Below, piece after piece: positions 8,794 to 18,434 of a stretch of 64,000 nt of DNA (position 1 is the first letter of the stretch; every line of letters starts with the position of its first letter). Source of the DNA: a virus (lineage: Duplodnaviria; Caudoviricetes). Below the pieces are notes generated by a model. That model did not search any database and had not been told where the DNA came from. It saw only the letters and a program-made list of their open reading frames with translations. The stretch lies in IMG/VR virus record IMGVR_UViG_3300044718_000102, positions 271 to 64,270 of that record. One strand, given 5' to 3'. The position numbers were made by a program, and so were the translations under genes.

Positions 8794-8886
8794 TCAGTGC
8801 GCGGTGTCGATGCCGGCGAAGACGAGGACGGCGACCACGATGAAGATGATGCCGACCACCACGATGCCGGTGATGATGATGTTCAT
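8794..8886 (-). CDS. 30-aa single-TM peptide coupled to the endolysin
   Basis: MNIIITGIVVVGIIFIVVAVLVFAGIDTAH; ATGA overlap with endolysin stop. Confidence 0.55.
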   Translation of the reverse strand: MNIIITGIVVVGIIFIVVAVLVFAGIDTAH

Positions 8887-9665
8887 GCGCTGCCTCCGCC
8901 TTGCTGTTGGTCGTGGGCCGCGGGATGCGGCGCGGGTGATGCGGCTACGTGGACGGCCTGCAGATCGGCTTGCCGAGCGGGCGCAGGCGCCGGACCCGCT
9001 GCCGCGGCGCCGAGCTCGTGGCGCCACCGCGCGGTCCATTGCTCGCGCTCGGCGAGGCCTATCGTGCCGCCGTTGAGATGCCTGGTCACCTCGACGACGT
9101 CTCCGCGCGCGGCAAAGGGCAGGCAGCCGCAGAGGACAAAATCCGCGACGCCGCACAGCAGCGCATGGGCCGGATCGCTGACGAGGTCGGGATGGTTGAG
9201 GAGATCGAGGCCGGTGGCGGCGGCGAGCTTGGCGTAACCTTGGCGGCCGGTGCATTGCGAGAGCCCGCGGCCGCGGAAAGTCCAGCCGTCATCCGACGGC
9301 GGCAGCGCATTGCCCATGCGGCCGCCATAGGCGACGTCGGCGATCATGCGGGGATTGTGCGCGTAGCGGGAAGGCATCGAGCCGGTGAAGTGGGCAGGCC
9401 AGGTGCGCGCCAGGCCGGCGGCGTCGTAATTGAGGTTCTCCGTCATCTCCAAGCCGGCGCCGCATTCCTCGCTGAACTGGCCCATCATCATCGCGAGCAC
9501 GAGCGGCGTCGTGATGCCGTGCGCCGCCAGCACCGCACGTGCGGCCGCGATGATGCCCGCGGTGAGGCCGGGCACGTGCTGGTCCGCATGGGGCCATAGG
9601 CGGGGGAGCGCGGCACCGAGCAGGCCGGCGCAATCCGCCGCCGGCGGGGCGGTGAGGTCGAGCAT
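8883..9665 (-). CDS. Endolysin, glycoside hydrolase family 19
   Basis: ENLNY, YGGRMGN, DGWTFRGRGLSQCTGR..Y, VTRHLNGG.IGL..R. Confidence 0.92.
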   Translation of the reverse strand: MLDLTAPPAADCAGLLGAALPRLWPHADQHVPGLTAGIIAAARAVLAAHGITTPLVLAMMMGQFSEECGAGLEMTENLNYDAAGLARTWPAHFTGSMPSRYAHNPRMIADVAYGGRMGNALPPSDDGWTFRGRGLSQCTGRQGYAKLAAATGLDLLNHPDLVSDPAHALLCGVADFVLCGCLPFAARGDVVEVTRHLNGGTIGLAEREQWTARWRHELGAAAAGPAPAPARQADLQAVHVAASPAPHPAAHDQQQGGGSA

Positions 9666-9749
9666 GATGATGCCTCGTATAGGAGATGAAGCTGCGCGGC
9701 GGGGTGGCGCGGCAAGCTAGCCCGGGCGCCGGGGCGTCAACCGTGCGGG

Positions 9750-12185
9750 CTACTGGACCCGCTCGCCGTAGATGGTGCTGTCGGCAGCGTTAGCGCTGTC
9801 ATTCGCCGCCATCTTCGACGCGGTCGTTGAGGTGATGTTCCTGCAATCGATCCGGATATTGCCGGCCGGCGAAACGAAGATGCCGCTGAGCGATATCTTG
9901 AGCTCCGGCCCGCCGCCAGTGAACGTGACCTGGGTGCTGTCCTTGACGGTCGTCCCGTCCCACAGCTTGCAGCGGATGACATCGCCGTTGTTGGCCGTCG
10001 CGGTGACGCCGCCGTGCGCGCTCCAGGTCCCCGTCGTGCCCTGCGCCATGCTCGGGCCGGGTTGATAGGTCGCCGTGTTGTTGAGCGGCACATCGGCGGC
10101 GAGGACATTGCTCGCCGTGCTCAGCCCGCAGGTAGAGCCGAGCGTGCAAGTCTGGCCGGCGACCGTCGTCGACGGATTGACCAGCGCCGAGTTCGGGATG
10201 TTCGTCAGTGTATTGGTGCTACCACTGATGCTCTTGCCGGTCAGCGTCTGCGTGTCGCTGGTGCCGACAACGGCCCCGGTCGGCACAGCCTTGCCGCTGT
10301 CGGCGACGAGGTTCGCCGTCGAGGATATGAAGTTGCCCGACGTGATGCCGGACGTGGCCGTGGTGCCGGCAGTGATCGCGCAACTGGCGGCCGTCGAGAT
10401 GGTGACAATCGTCGTGCCGCTGAGCACGATGCACGGGCCGGCAGTCAGGTGTGCCGAGAGATTGTCCCAGGTGTCGGGCGAGCCACCACCGTTGCCGCCG
10501 GAGGTCAGGAACTGACCGGGGGCGCCGTAGTTGACGGTCGACGATGCGCCGGTCCCGCTCTGCACGCCGAGAGCGCCGACGTAAAAATTGACGACGCAGT
10601 CGGTGCCGCCGGGGAACACTGAGTTAGGATTGACGCCGTCAGGCGACGGCAGCGTCGACATGAAGCAGCGCGGTCCACTGATCGCGGCGAAGCCCGTGAA
10701 TGTCGGCGAACCGGACGACAGCGGTTGCGTGCTGATGATGGCGCCGCCGCCCTGCACGAGCGCGAATCCGGTCGCGAACGTCAGGTTCGCCGACCCGGCG
10801 AACGTGCCTCCGATTTCGATGACGCCGCCGGCGCCGGCCGAGAAGGCAGCGTTGCCGCCGCCCGTGATGAAATTGCTGAAGTTGATCGTGACCGATCCGC
10901 CGTAGTTGGCGACCACGAACGTTCCGTTGACCAGCGCGCCGAACGACACGAAGGCCGCATCGACGTGACCATATTGCCCGGTGCCAACATTGATGTAGTT
11001 CGATGCCTGGCCGGTCGCGTTGTCCATGAACGCAACGTTGTTGATGCCCGCCGTGCATCCATCCTTGACGATGATGGCTCCGTTGTCGCCAGTATGCGGC
11101 GCAGCCCTGATGGTGACCGCAGTCGGCGCGTTGGCATCGCCCTGGATCGAAAACACCGACTGCCCGATCAGCGGCCCCATGAAGCAGTGGAAGGCATAAT
11201 TGCTCGATGCGCCGTGGGCGAGAGCGATCGCCGCGCCAAAGCCGGCAAGGTCGTAGTTGAAGATCAGCAGATTGACGGCGTGCTGCGCCGTCAGGAACGG
11301 CGCCGCGGGCGAAAGACCATTGTTGGTGTCGTTGCCTGGCGCACAGGTTGAGGCGCCGGTCGTGCCGCAGGTCGCCGACGCCGCGATCATGTCGCCGTTG
11401 CCGACGCCGCCGCCGGTGACAATCGCCGAGAGCGTGACTGTCGCGGCCGACGTTGCCGTGATCGTCGTCGAGGGCGGGATGACACCCGCCGTGTTGTCGG
11501 TGATCGTCTGGCCGACAAGGAACGTCCCGAACGAAAACTGGATCGTGTCGCCGGAGCCTACGCCGCCGCCGATGACATTCGCCGAGAGCGTGACCGTCGT
11601 CGGCGTGACCGAGAGCACCGTCGTCGAGGCCGGGATGACCGACGCCGTCGCGTCCGTGACCGTGGCGCCCACCGCGATCGACGTTGGCGTCGAGGCGAAA
11701 TGCAGGATGGCGTTGCCCGCCGCAGTCGTTCCGTTTGTGGTCGCCGAGCCGACGGCAAAGTGCAGGATGTTGTCGCCCGCCGCAGTCGTCGCGCTGGCCG
11801 CGGCGGCGTTGCCGTTGACGAAGAAGGTTTGGCTCGACGTGAATTGCGTGCGCGCATTGGTGATCCCGTAGCCGGCGAGCGTGGTCGGGGTGCCGGTCAC
11901 GTGCGCCCACGGGATCGCGCAGGTGAGAACCCCCGAGATCGAGATCGCACAGTCGCCGGTGAGCGGCACCGCCGTAGCCAGGTTCGAGCTGTTGCCGACG
12001 TAGACGTCGCCGGCCGGGAGCGGCAGGCCGCTCGCAAACGACTGCTGGACGAACGCCGTCGACGCGCATGCGTTGGTGGCGTCGCCCAGCGGCATGGTCG
12101 GGCAGGTCTTGTTCTGCGCCGCCGCGGGCAGCGCCGCGCAGATGAGCGCGCCGGCCAGCGCCAGCAGGATCCCGAGGCGTTTCAT
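9750..12185 (-). CDS. Tail fibre/spike-like or adhesin protein with N-terminal signal peptide
   Basis: ATG at 12185 with GGAGG RBS; PTTLAGYGIT fibre motif, GND.NNGLS...PFLTAQHA motif, G/T/A-rich beta repeats. Confidence 0.75.
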   Translation of the reverse strand: MKRLGILLALAGALICAALPAAAQNKTCPTMPLGDATNACASTAFVQQSFASGLPLPAGDVYVGNSSNLATAVPLTGDCAISISGVLTCAIPWAHVTGTPTTLAGYGITNARTQFTSSQTFFVNGNAAAASATTAAGDNILHFAVGSATTNGTTAAGNAILHFASTPTSIAVGATVTDATASVIPASTTVLSVTPTTVTLSANVIGGGVGSGDTIQFSFGTFLVGQTITDNTAGVIPPSTTITATSAATVTLSAIVTGGGVGNGDMIAASATCGTTGASTCAPGNDTNNGLSPAAPFLTAQHAVNLLIFNYDLAGFGAAIALAHGASSNYAFHCFMGPLIGQSVFSIQGDANAPTAVTIRAAPHTGDNGAIIVKDGCTAGINNVAFMDNATGQASNYINVGTGQYGHVDAAFVSFGALVNGTFVVANYGGSVTINFSNFITGGGNAAFSAGAGGVIEIGGTFAGSANLTFATGFALVQGGGAIISTQPLSSGSPTFTGFAAISGPRCFMSTLPSPDGVNPNSVFPGGTDCVVNFYVGALGVQSGTGASSTVNYGAPGQFLTSGGNGGGSPDTWDNLSAHLTAGPCIVLSGTTIVTISTAASCAITAGTTATSGITSGNFISSTANLVADSGKAVPTGAVVGTSDTQTLTGKSISGSTNTLTNIPNSALVNPSTTVAGQTCTLGSTCGLSTASNVLAADVPLNNTATYQPGPSMAQGTTGTWSAHGGVTATANNGDVIRCKLWDGTTVKDSTQVTFTGGGPELKISLSGIFVSPAGNIRIDCRNITSTTASKMAANDSANAADSTIYGERVQ

Positions 12186-12199
12186 CGCCACAACCTCCC

Positions 12200-12898
12200 C
12201 TACACGTACTCTAGCGCAGTGAGTGTACCGTCGCCGTTGTTCGCCGTCAGCGCGTTGAAGGCGCAATTCACACGCACTTTCCCGCGCGCGCGGATTTCCT
12301 TCTGGTCCTTGGGCAGGATGGCGATCGAGCCGGCGCCCTGGCTGGCGGCGAGGTTGCCCGGGGCCACCCATTTGAGCTGCGTCCCCGGGTTGTGCCACAG
12401 CAGGCCGCGGCGGTTCGGGTTGGCGCCCAGGATCTGGCTCGATGCCGTCGTGAGCCCCGCAATCGCGAAGCTGCCGGGCGAGGTGCGGTCGATGGCGTAG
12501 TTCTGCGCCATCACGGCCTCGGGCGCCGGCACCGCCGGATTGTTGTCGGTGAAGCTCCACACCGTGAGGCCGAACGCGCCGGCCGAGTCGGCGACCACCT
12601 GCCAGCCGCAGTTGACCCGCACCACCGCGTCGTCGTCCTCGGCGTTGCCGCCATGGCTGTCGTAGAGCTCGAAATACGAGTACCCCTCGATCGCGATGCC
12701 GCCGGCACCGGCGGCGAGCGCTGTGCCGAGCGGCATCACGCGCAGCACTGTCGCGGGCTGCGGGTTGAAGAACAGGATCCCGTGCCGCACCGGGTCGGCC
12801 GCGATCGCCGTGACGGGCGCGGTCGAGATCCCGGTGACCGCGACCCCGATCGGGCCGAGCACCGGGATGTCGCCGCGCAGATAGGCGCGCATCACCAT
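12200..12898 (-). CDS. Virion-associated protein with two repeated beta domains
   Basis: ADPVRHGILFFNP / ANPNRRGLLWHNP internal repeat; tail operon position. Confidence 0.7.
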   Translation of the reverse strand: MVMRAYLRGDIPVLGPIGVAVTGISTAPVTAIAADPVRHGILFFNPQPATVLRVMPLGTALAAGAGGIAIEGYSYFELYDSHGGNAEDDDAVVRVNCGWQVVADSAGAFGLTVWSFTDNNPAVPAPEAVMAQNYAIDRTSPGSFAIAGLTTASSQILGANPNRRGLLWHNPGTQLKWVAPGNLAASQGAGSIAILPKDQKEIRARGKVRVNCAFNALTANNGDGTLTALEYV

Positions 12899-12902
12899 GG
12901 GA

Positions 12903-15023
12903 CTACCCGCGCCATTGCACGCTCACCTGCTGGAAGTTCTCCCCGCCGACCGCGGTTGCGCCGGTGACCGCGATCTGCGCGAGGCCGAAGACGTTGATCG
13001 CGCCGAGCCAGGGCGGGCTCTCGTACTCGCCCGAGGGCGCCGCGGTGAGCACGCCGCTGCCGGGATTGACGTTGTTGATGAAGCCGCGCACGCCCGAGAA
13101 CGCGACCTGGTTGCCCCAGCCGACGCCGACCGAGTAGCTCGTCGAGGTCGACGAGGCGCCGTTGAGCTCGGCCATCGCGAAGGCGCGCGCCGGTTCCTCG
13201 GCGAGTCCCGAGAAGGCCGTGACCACCGCGCCGCTCGCCCACTGCGCCGGCGAGCCGGTGACCGCCCCCGAATTGTTGTCGCCGGCCTTGACGATGACCG
13301 GCTTGCGGTTGAACGCGTTCCACACCGCGCGCCGCGTCTGCGGCCCCCACGCGACGTTGATCGTCACCTGGGCGCCGGCGGGGTCGACCAGGAACGAGCC
13401 GACATAGAGCCCGGCGCCGGGCGCCAGCGTGAAGCTCGAGGCGCCGTTGGTGGCGACCATCGTGTTGGCGTTGCGCAGGAAGCCGTCGAACGCGCGCGAG
13501 TGCTGTGTCGAGCCGGCGCCGAAGCCGCGCGCCGCGAACTGCCCGCCGCTCGTGTAGGCGCCGGTGGGGACGCTGCCGTTGAGCGAGAAGTTGTTGGCAT
13601 CGACGCGGGTCACCGTCCAGGTGCCGTTCGCCCCGGTGTTGCCCTGCACGCCGCTGACCGGGACGGTGTCGCCGGTGAGCAGGCTGTGGCCGTTCGCCGT
13701 GATGACGATCGGCGACGAGACGGTCGCGCCGGTGATGCGCTGGCCGGGATTGCGCCAGCCCGGCCCGGCAACGATGGTCAGCGCGCCGAAGGCGACGCAC
13801 AGGTAGACGTCGTAGGCCTGGTTGGCGAGGTTGGCGGACGAGAGCGCGAGCACCAGATCCGACGTGAACGGGACCTGCACGGTCTGCCCGCCGGTCCAGA
13901 TCGGCGCCGAGTTGCCGGTGTCGGCCGTGTAGAAGATCGCGGGCGAGCCGATCACGTCGGCGGTGACCACCGGCCGGCCGGTGGTGAGCGTGAGGTAGCC
14001 GCCCGGCGGCGACATCGCGGGTGGCATCTGCATCAAAATCCAGGTGCCCGCGCCGGCGCCGTTGGTGCTGACGAAATACGAGCCCGGGCCGACCGTGACG
14101 ACGGTGCCGGTCGCGTTGTTGGTGAAGGCATCGGCGGCGTTCGGCGAAAACGCCGCGGTGCCGGCGATCACCGTCACCCAGAAGCCGAACCCGTTCCACA
14201 GCGTGTTGGCGCGCGCCAGGAAGTAGGTCAGCGGCCCGCTCGCAAGCCGCTGGGTGAAATGGAACGTGGCCGAGACCGTCTGGTTTGTGGCGTCGGCGCT
14301 GATCGGGAAGCTCTGGCGCAGGAAGCCGGCGCCGTCGTCGGCAAGCCCGTATGCGCCGATGGTCTCGACCGCGGCGGAGCCGAGGCCGAACGCCGCGCGC
14401 CCCGCCGCGAGCGAGGCGGCGCCGACCACCGGCGCCATCGGCGCCGAGATCGTCCCCGCGGCGGGCGCCTGGCCGACCGTCGGGTTGCCCTGGGCATCGA
14501 ACACCAGCGCGAGGCCTGCGCGCTGCGCCGCCGGCGGCAGCGGCGGCGGCATCGCGGTGTCGGCCGCATTGACCACGATGGCGCGGCCGAACAGCTCGCC
14601 CTCCTGCTGGGTCTGCATCTCGATCCGGTCGAGCCCCTGCTCCATCGAGCTCGCGAGCTGGCCATAGCTCGCCTGGTTCTGCAGGCTGACGAGCTGCGCG
14701 AGCGTAAGCGCGCGCAGGATCGTCAGCGTGGTGCCGGCCGCGATCGGCGTGCCGTTCGGGTTGTAGGTGACGGTGCCGCCCATGCCCCACAGCGCGCTGC
14801 CGACCGGCGCGGCGAGCGCGACCTGGCACTGCGTCGCGCCCGCGCCCTGGGCGAGCGTCGTCTGGTTGCCGGCCGCGTCGGTGAACAGCACCGTGAAATT
14901 GGCCAGCGCCGCCGACAGGTTCGCGGTCGTGCCGTCCCACGCATTATTGAACGCGAACGCAAACGCGACCTGCGCGCCCGTGCCGGCGATCACCGCCTTG
15001 TTGGTCGAGGAGACGACGGTCAT
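12903..15023 (-). CDS. Tail fibre protein (T7 gp17-like N-terminal anchor)
   Basis: GTGAQVAFAFAF...LTILR...Q.VSL.NQ...EQGLDRI.M.TQQ anchor motif. Confidence 0.85.
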   Translation of the reverse strand: MTVVSSTNKAVIAGTGAQVAFAFAFNNAWDGTTANLSAALANFTVLFTDAAGNQTTLAQGAGATQCQVALAAPVGSALWGMGGTVTYNPNGTPIAAGTTLTILRALTLAQLVSLQNQASYGQLASSMEQGLDRIEMQTQQEGELFGRAIVVNAADTAMPPPLPPAAQRAGLALVFDAQGNPTVGQAPAAGTISAPMAPVVGAASLAAGRAAFGLGSAAVETIGAYGLADDGAGFLRQSFPISADATNQTVSATFHFTQRLASGPLTYFLARANTLWNGFGFWVTVIAGTAAFSPNAADAFTNNATGTVVTVGPGSYFVSTNGAGAGTWILMQMPPAMSPPGGYLTLTTGRPVVTADVIGSPAIFYTADTGNSAPIWTGGQTVQVPFTSDLVLALSSANLANQAYDVYLCVAFGALTIVAGPGWRNPGQRITGATVSSPIVITANGHSLLTGDTVPVSGVQGNTGANGTWTVTRVDANNFSLNGSVPTGAYTSGGQFAARGFGAGSTQHSRAFDGFLRNANTMVATNGASSFTLAPGAGLYVGSFLVDPAGAQVTINVAWGPQTRRAVWNAFNRKPVIVKAGDNNSGAVTGSPAQWASGAVVTAFSGLAEEPARAFAMAELNGASSTSTSYSVGVGWGNQVAFSGVRGFINNVNPGSGVLTAAPSGEYESPPWLGAINVFGLAQIAVTGATAVGGENFQQVSVQWRG

Positions 15024-15364
15024 TTCTTTTTGCCCCGCGCCAGCTGCTTCGCCAAAAACGCCATCACGTCGTCCGCGTCCGCCGCTGGCTCATGCGCCTG
15101 CGTCTCCCCTCCCCCCGCGCGCGCAGCGCGTGGCGGGGAGGGGTCGGGGGTGGGGGGCGCCGCTTGCGCATGCGCCTGCGCCGCCACCGCCCGCAGCACC
15201 GCCCCATGCCCATTGAGCCCCGGCGTCGCCACCCCATGCGCCGGCAGGAACGGCGCATGCGGCCGCCGCGGCGCCCGCCGCCGCAGCCGCCCGCGCCCCG
15301 GATGCCGCGGCGCCCGCACCGCCGGCCGTCCGCCGGGCACGATGTGCACGCTGTCGTCAGCCAT
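15020..15364 (-). CDS. Low-complexity hypothetical protein containing an in-frame REP-like element
   Basis: GAGG RBS, ATGA overlap with fibre gene; PPTPDPSPPRAARAGGGE encoded by palindrome 15104-15157. Confidence 0.5.
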   Translation of the reverse strand: MADDSVHIVPGGRPAVRAPRHPGRGRLRRRAPRRPHAPFLPAHGVATPGLNGHGAVLRAVAAQAHAQAAPPTPDPSPPRAARAGGGETQAHEPAADADDVMAFLAKQLARGKKK

Positions 15365-15378
15365 CGATGTTCCTCTCA

Positions 15379-15542
15379 GCGCACGGCGCCAGCGCTCCCT
15401 CTCCCCCTTCAGGGGGAGAGGGTCGGGGTGAGGGGGCGTCTCCGCGAGTCCCAACAACCGAAGTGATCTACGGCGCCTCGGCGCCCCTCACCCCGCCCCT
15501 CTCCCCGCAAGCGCGGGGCGAGGGAGCGCCGGCGCCGTGCGC
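15379..15542. repeat. Paired inverted REP-like elements (CCCCTCACCCC..CCCTCTCCCC family)
   Basis: Copies at 15394-15436 (minus) and 15484-15527 (plus) with complementary outer flanks. Confidence 0.85.
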
Positions 15543-15551
15543 GGGATGCGC

Positions 15552-18434
15552 TCAGTGAGGCGGCCCGGTCACCGCATTGACCACCGCGCGATCGGCGCCG
15601 GCGGGCGTCCACAGATACTGCGTGCCCTGGATGCGCTCGGCGCGGCGCTGGCTGCGCTCGAGGTAGCCCGGGTTGATCCATTCCTGCAGCCGATGAAACA
15701 CCAGCGCGTCGCTCGCCCAGCTCGTGAGCCAGAGTGACTGGAACGGCGTGTTGTCCTTGACCAGCTTGAGCAGCGACGTCGCGCGATCGCGCCACGGATG
15801 CGGCGCCTCTTTGCTGGCATCGATGCCCGCGATCGCGTTGAGCAGCGAGTCGCCCTGGCCGTGGATGATCCCGAGGAGAGTGTCGATCTGCGAGAACGTC
15901 GGCCCGGTGAGCTGCGCCGCCGCCGAGAGGCCGTGGCGGTCGTACTCGCCGAGCAGGTAGTCGCCGAGCAGCGAGCCGAAGCCGGAGCGCTCGAGGCCGC
16001 GCATCACGGTCGCCATCGGCTTGGTGGCGAGCTCGTGCAGCGGGTCGCGGCCCTGGATCGCCTCGCGGATCGCCTCGGCCGCCGTGCCGAACACCATCGA
16101 GCCGACGAGGAATTCGCCGAGGCCCGCCAGCCGCCCCCAGCTCGAGTCGCCGATGCGGCCCGAGATCTCGCGCCCCCACGCGCGCTGGACCATCTCGGCG
16201 GGCCACAATTTGAATTGGTAGACCAGCCGCAGCGCCGTGTTGAGCCCGGTGCCGGGCTGGAACGCATTCTGGAACAGGATCGCGCGGGTGCGCGCCGACG
16301 GCATCGGGATGGCGTAGCCGGCGCGATCGCTGTAGGCGGCGGCGAGCTGCAGCGCGAGGTCCTCGCGCGCGGTCGCGATGTCCTCGGCCGACGTGCTGGT
16401 GAGCTCGGCCGGCCGCGCCTCCTTGATGTAGGCGCGCACCTGGTCGTCGGAGAGCTTCATCGCGTCCTGCGGCGTGAGCATCCGGCGGCCGCCGAATTCC
16501 GACCACTCGACGCCGTGCAACGCCTTCCATTCCGCCTCGCCGATGCCGAAGCCTCGAAGCACGCGCTGCTCGTCGCCGCCGATCTCGGCCCAGGCCTGGC
16601 CGCGCTTGCGCCCGATATGCGCCGCGAACATCGCCTCGGCATCGCCGCGCTGGTTGTCGATGACGCTCGACACGCCGGTGAGGCGGAAGAAGGTCGACTC
16701 CCACTTGGCGAGGAAGCCAGCGGGCGCGTCGGCGACGTCGTAATGCGCCATCATGTGGCCGAGCCGGTTCTCCAGCCCGGCCAGCATGGTGTCGAGCGCC
16801 TCGCGCTTGGCTGAGCCCTCGCCACCCTGCGTCAGGCCGCGAAACAGCGAGCCGTAGCGCTCGGCGACCGGGATGCCCCAGTAGCGCGCCTCCATGGCCT
16901 TGAGCGGCAGGCTCGCAAAGTGCGTGAAGGCGACGCGGCCGAGCTTGGCCATGCGCTGCACCGCCATCCAGTTGCGCCAGAACTCGGCGCGGGTGCGGTT
17001 GACCGGCTTCATGCTGGTGCCGTCGATCTGCGCGAAACGATTGTGCGCCGGCGAGCCCCAGTAGCGGTCCTGGCCGACGAATTTCCCGAACTCCTCGAGG
17101 TCGCCGGCGCGCTCGGCGATCTCGCCGCGCAACGCGTCCATCTCCTTGTCGATCTTCGCCTTGGCGTCGGCGTCGGCGCCGGCCGAGCTCGCCGCCTGCT
17201 CGAGCGCCGAAAGCTTCGACGAGCGCGCATCGGCGGCGCGCTGCAGCTTGCCCTTGATCAGGTCGATGTCGCTCTCGAACGATTCCGCCGGCCGGGTGCC
17301 GAACTCCTTCATCAGCGCGGTGCGCCGGGCGCCGCGCACCAGCGAGTCGACCACCGTGCGGGTGGCGTCGTAGACGCCGTAATCCTGGTTGTAGGCGCGC
17401 CAGTCCTGGCCCGACTTGAAGTGCAGCTCGCGCGCCGCCGAGGCGGTCCGCGCCGGGTTGGGATAGACCGGCTCGATCTCGCCCTTGCCGAAATCGTAGT
17501 GCTCGCCCTGCATCATCGGGCGCCACATCGCGCGCAGCGCATCGCGCGCGCGCTGCATGTCCGAGGTGCCGAAGCTGCGCGCGAGATCGAGCCGCGGCAG
17601 CGTGTCGGCGATCCACTTTTCCGGGCCGGCGCGGCGGATGGCGTCGGCATCATGCGACGTGCGGGTGATGTAGCCCGAATAGCTGCGGATCCAGGCGCCC
17701 TCGCGGTTGAGCGCCGCCATCGACGTCGTCTGCCATTTCTGGATCGCCTTGGCGATCGCCAGCGCCTGCGCGTCCTTGGTGATGCCGGGCGTGCCGGGCC
17801 CCTGGCCCTTCCAGCCGAGCTCGGCGAGATCCTGGGCGCCCGCCTCGCCGGCGTCCTTGGCGCGCTGCCACGCCGCGGACGGGCGCTTGTTGAGCTCGAA
17901 GAGCTCGTCGGTCCACTTGTCCTCGATCGCGCGGGTCGCGAACGGCTTGAGCAGGCCCTGGTCCTCGAGGTCGCGGGCGAGGCCGCCGACCCAGATGCGC
18001 CGCAGTGCCACGAACTGCGCGTCGACCGACTTGCGGTTGCCGAGGAACGGCAGGTTGACGCCGACCAGCTTCGACTCCAGCGCGATGCGCATCGCCTTGG
18101 CCTTGAGCTGCGCCCGCGTCATGCCGAAGCGCCGCGCGATCGCGCCGCCCTCCGGCAGCTTGTCGATCGCCGCGGCGACCGAGTCGTAGAACCGCGCCCG
18201 CTTCTGGTCCTTGCGGGCGTCGAGGATGCGGGCACGGCGATTGACCGCGGCCTGCTGCGCCAGGTTGTCGAGCTCCTCGTCGCGCGCGCGCTGGTAGGCC
18301 GCGCCGCGGTCCATGCCGTCGTCCTCGTAGGCCTGCGCGCGATCGTCGATATGGCCGATCGTGCTCTCGACCTCGCCGCGCGGCCGCCCCGCCCGCCTGG
18401 CGATGTCGTCGATGCAATCGTCGCGCTCAGCCAT
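15552..18434 (-). CDS. Internal virion (ejection) protein
   Basis: 960 aa helical protein, last ejection gene before the fibre; YQFKLWP and NPGYLER motifs typical of this phage group. Confidence 0.8.
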   Translation of the reverse strand: MAERDDCIDDIARRAGRPRGEVESTIGHIDDRAQAYEDDGMDRGAAYQRARDEELDNLAQQAAVNRRARILDARKDQKRARFYDSVAAAIDKLPEGGAIARRFGMTRAQLKAKAMRIALESKLVGVNLPFLGNRKSVDAQFVALRRIWVGGLARDLEDQGLLKPFATRAIEDKWTDELFELNKRPSAAWQRAKDAGEAGAQDLAELGWKGQGPGTPGITKDAQALAIAKAIQKWQTTSMAALNREGAWIRSYSGYITRTSHDADAIRRAGPEKWIADTLPRLDLARSFGTSDMQRARDALRAMWRPMMQGEHYDFGKGEIEPVYPNPARTASAARELHFKSGQDWRAYNQDYGVYDATRTVVDSLVRGARRTALMKEFGTRPAESFESDIDLIKGKLQRAADARSSKLSALEQAASSAGADADAKAKIDKEMDALRGEIAERAGDLEEFGKFVGQDRYWGSPAHNRFAQIDGTSMKPVNRTRAEFWRNWMAVQRMAKLGRVAFTHFASLPLKAMEARYWGIPVAERYGSLFRGLTQGGEGSAKREALDTMLAGLENRLGHMMAHYDVADAPAGFLAKWESTFFRLTGVSSVIDNQRGDAEAMFAAHIGRKRGQAWAEIGGDEQRVLRGFGIGEAEWKALHGVEWSEFGGRRMLTPQDAMKLSDDQVRAYIKEARPAELTSTSAEDIATAREDLALQLAAAYSDRAGYAIPMPSARTRAILFQNAFQPGTGLNTALRLVYQFKLWPAEMVQRAWGREISGRIGDSSWGRLAGLGEFLVGSMVFGTAAEAIREAIQGRDPLHELATKPMATVMRGLERSGFGSLLGDYLLGEYDRHGLSAAAQLTGPTFSQIDTLLGIIHGQGDSLLNAIAGIDASKEAPHPWRDRATSLLKLVKDNTPFQSLWLTSWASDALVFHRLQEWINPGYLERSQRRAERIQGTQYLWTPAGADRAVVNAVTGPPH

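Noticed and set aside
9750-15023. BPP-1-type diversity-generating retroelement
   Set aside because: No reverse transcriptase motif and no TR/VR pair differing at adenines seen in the window
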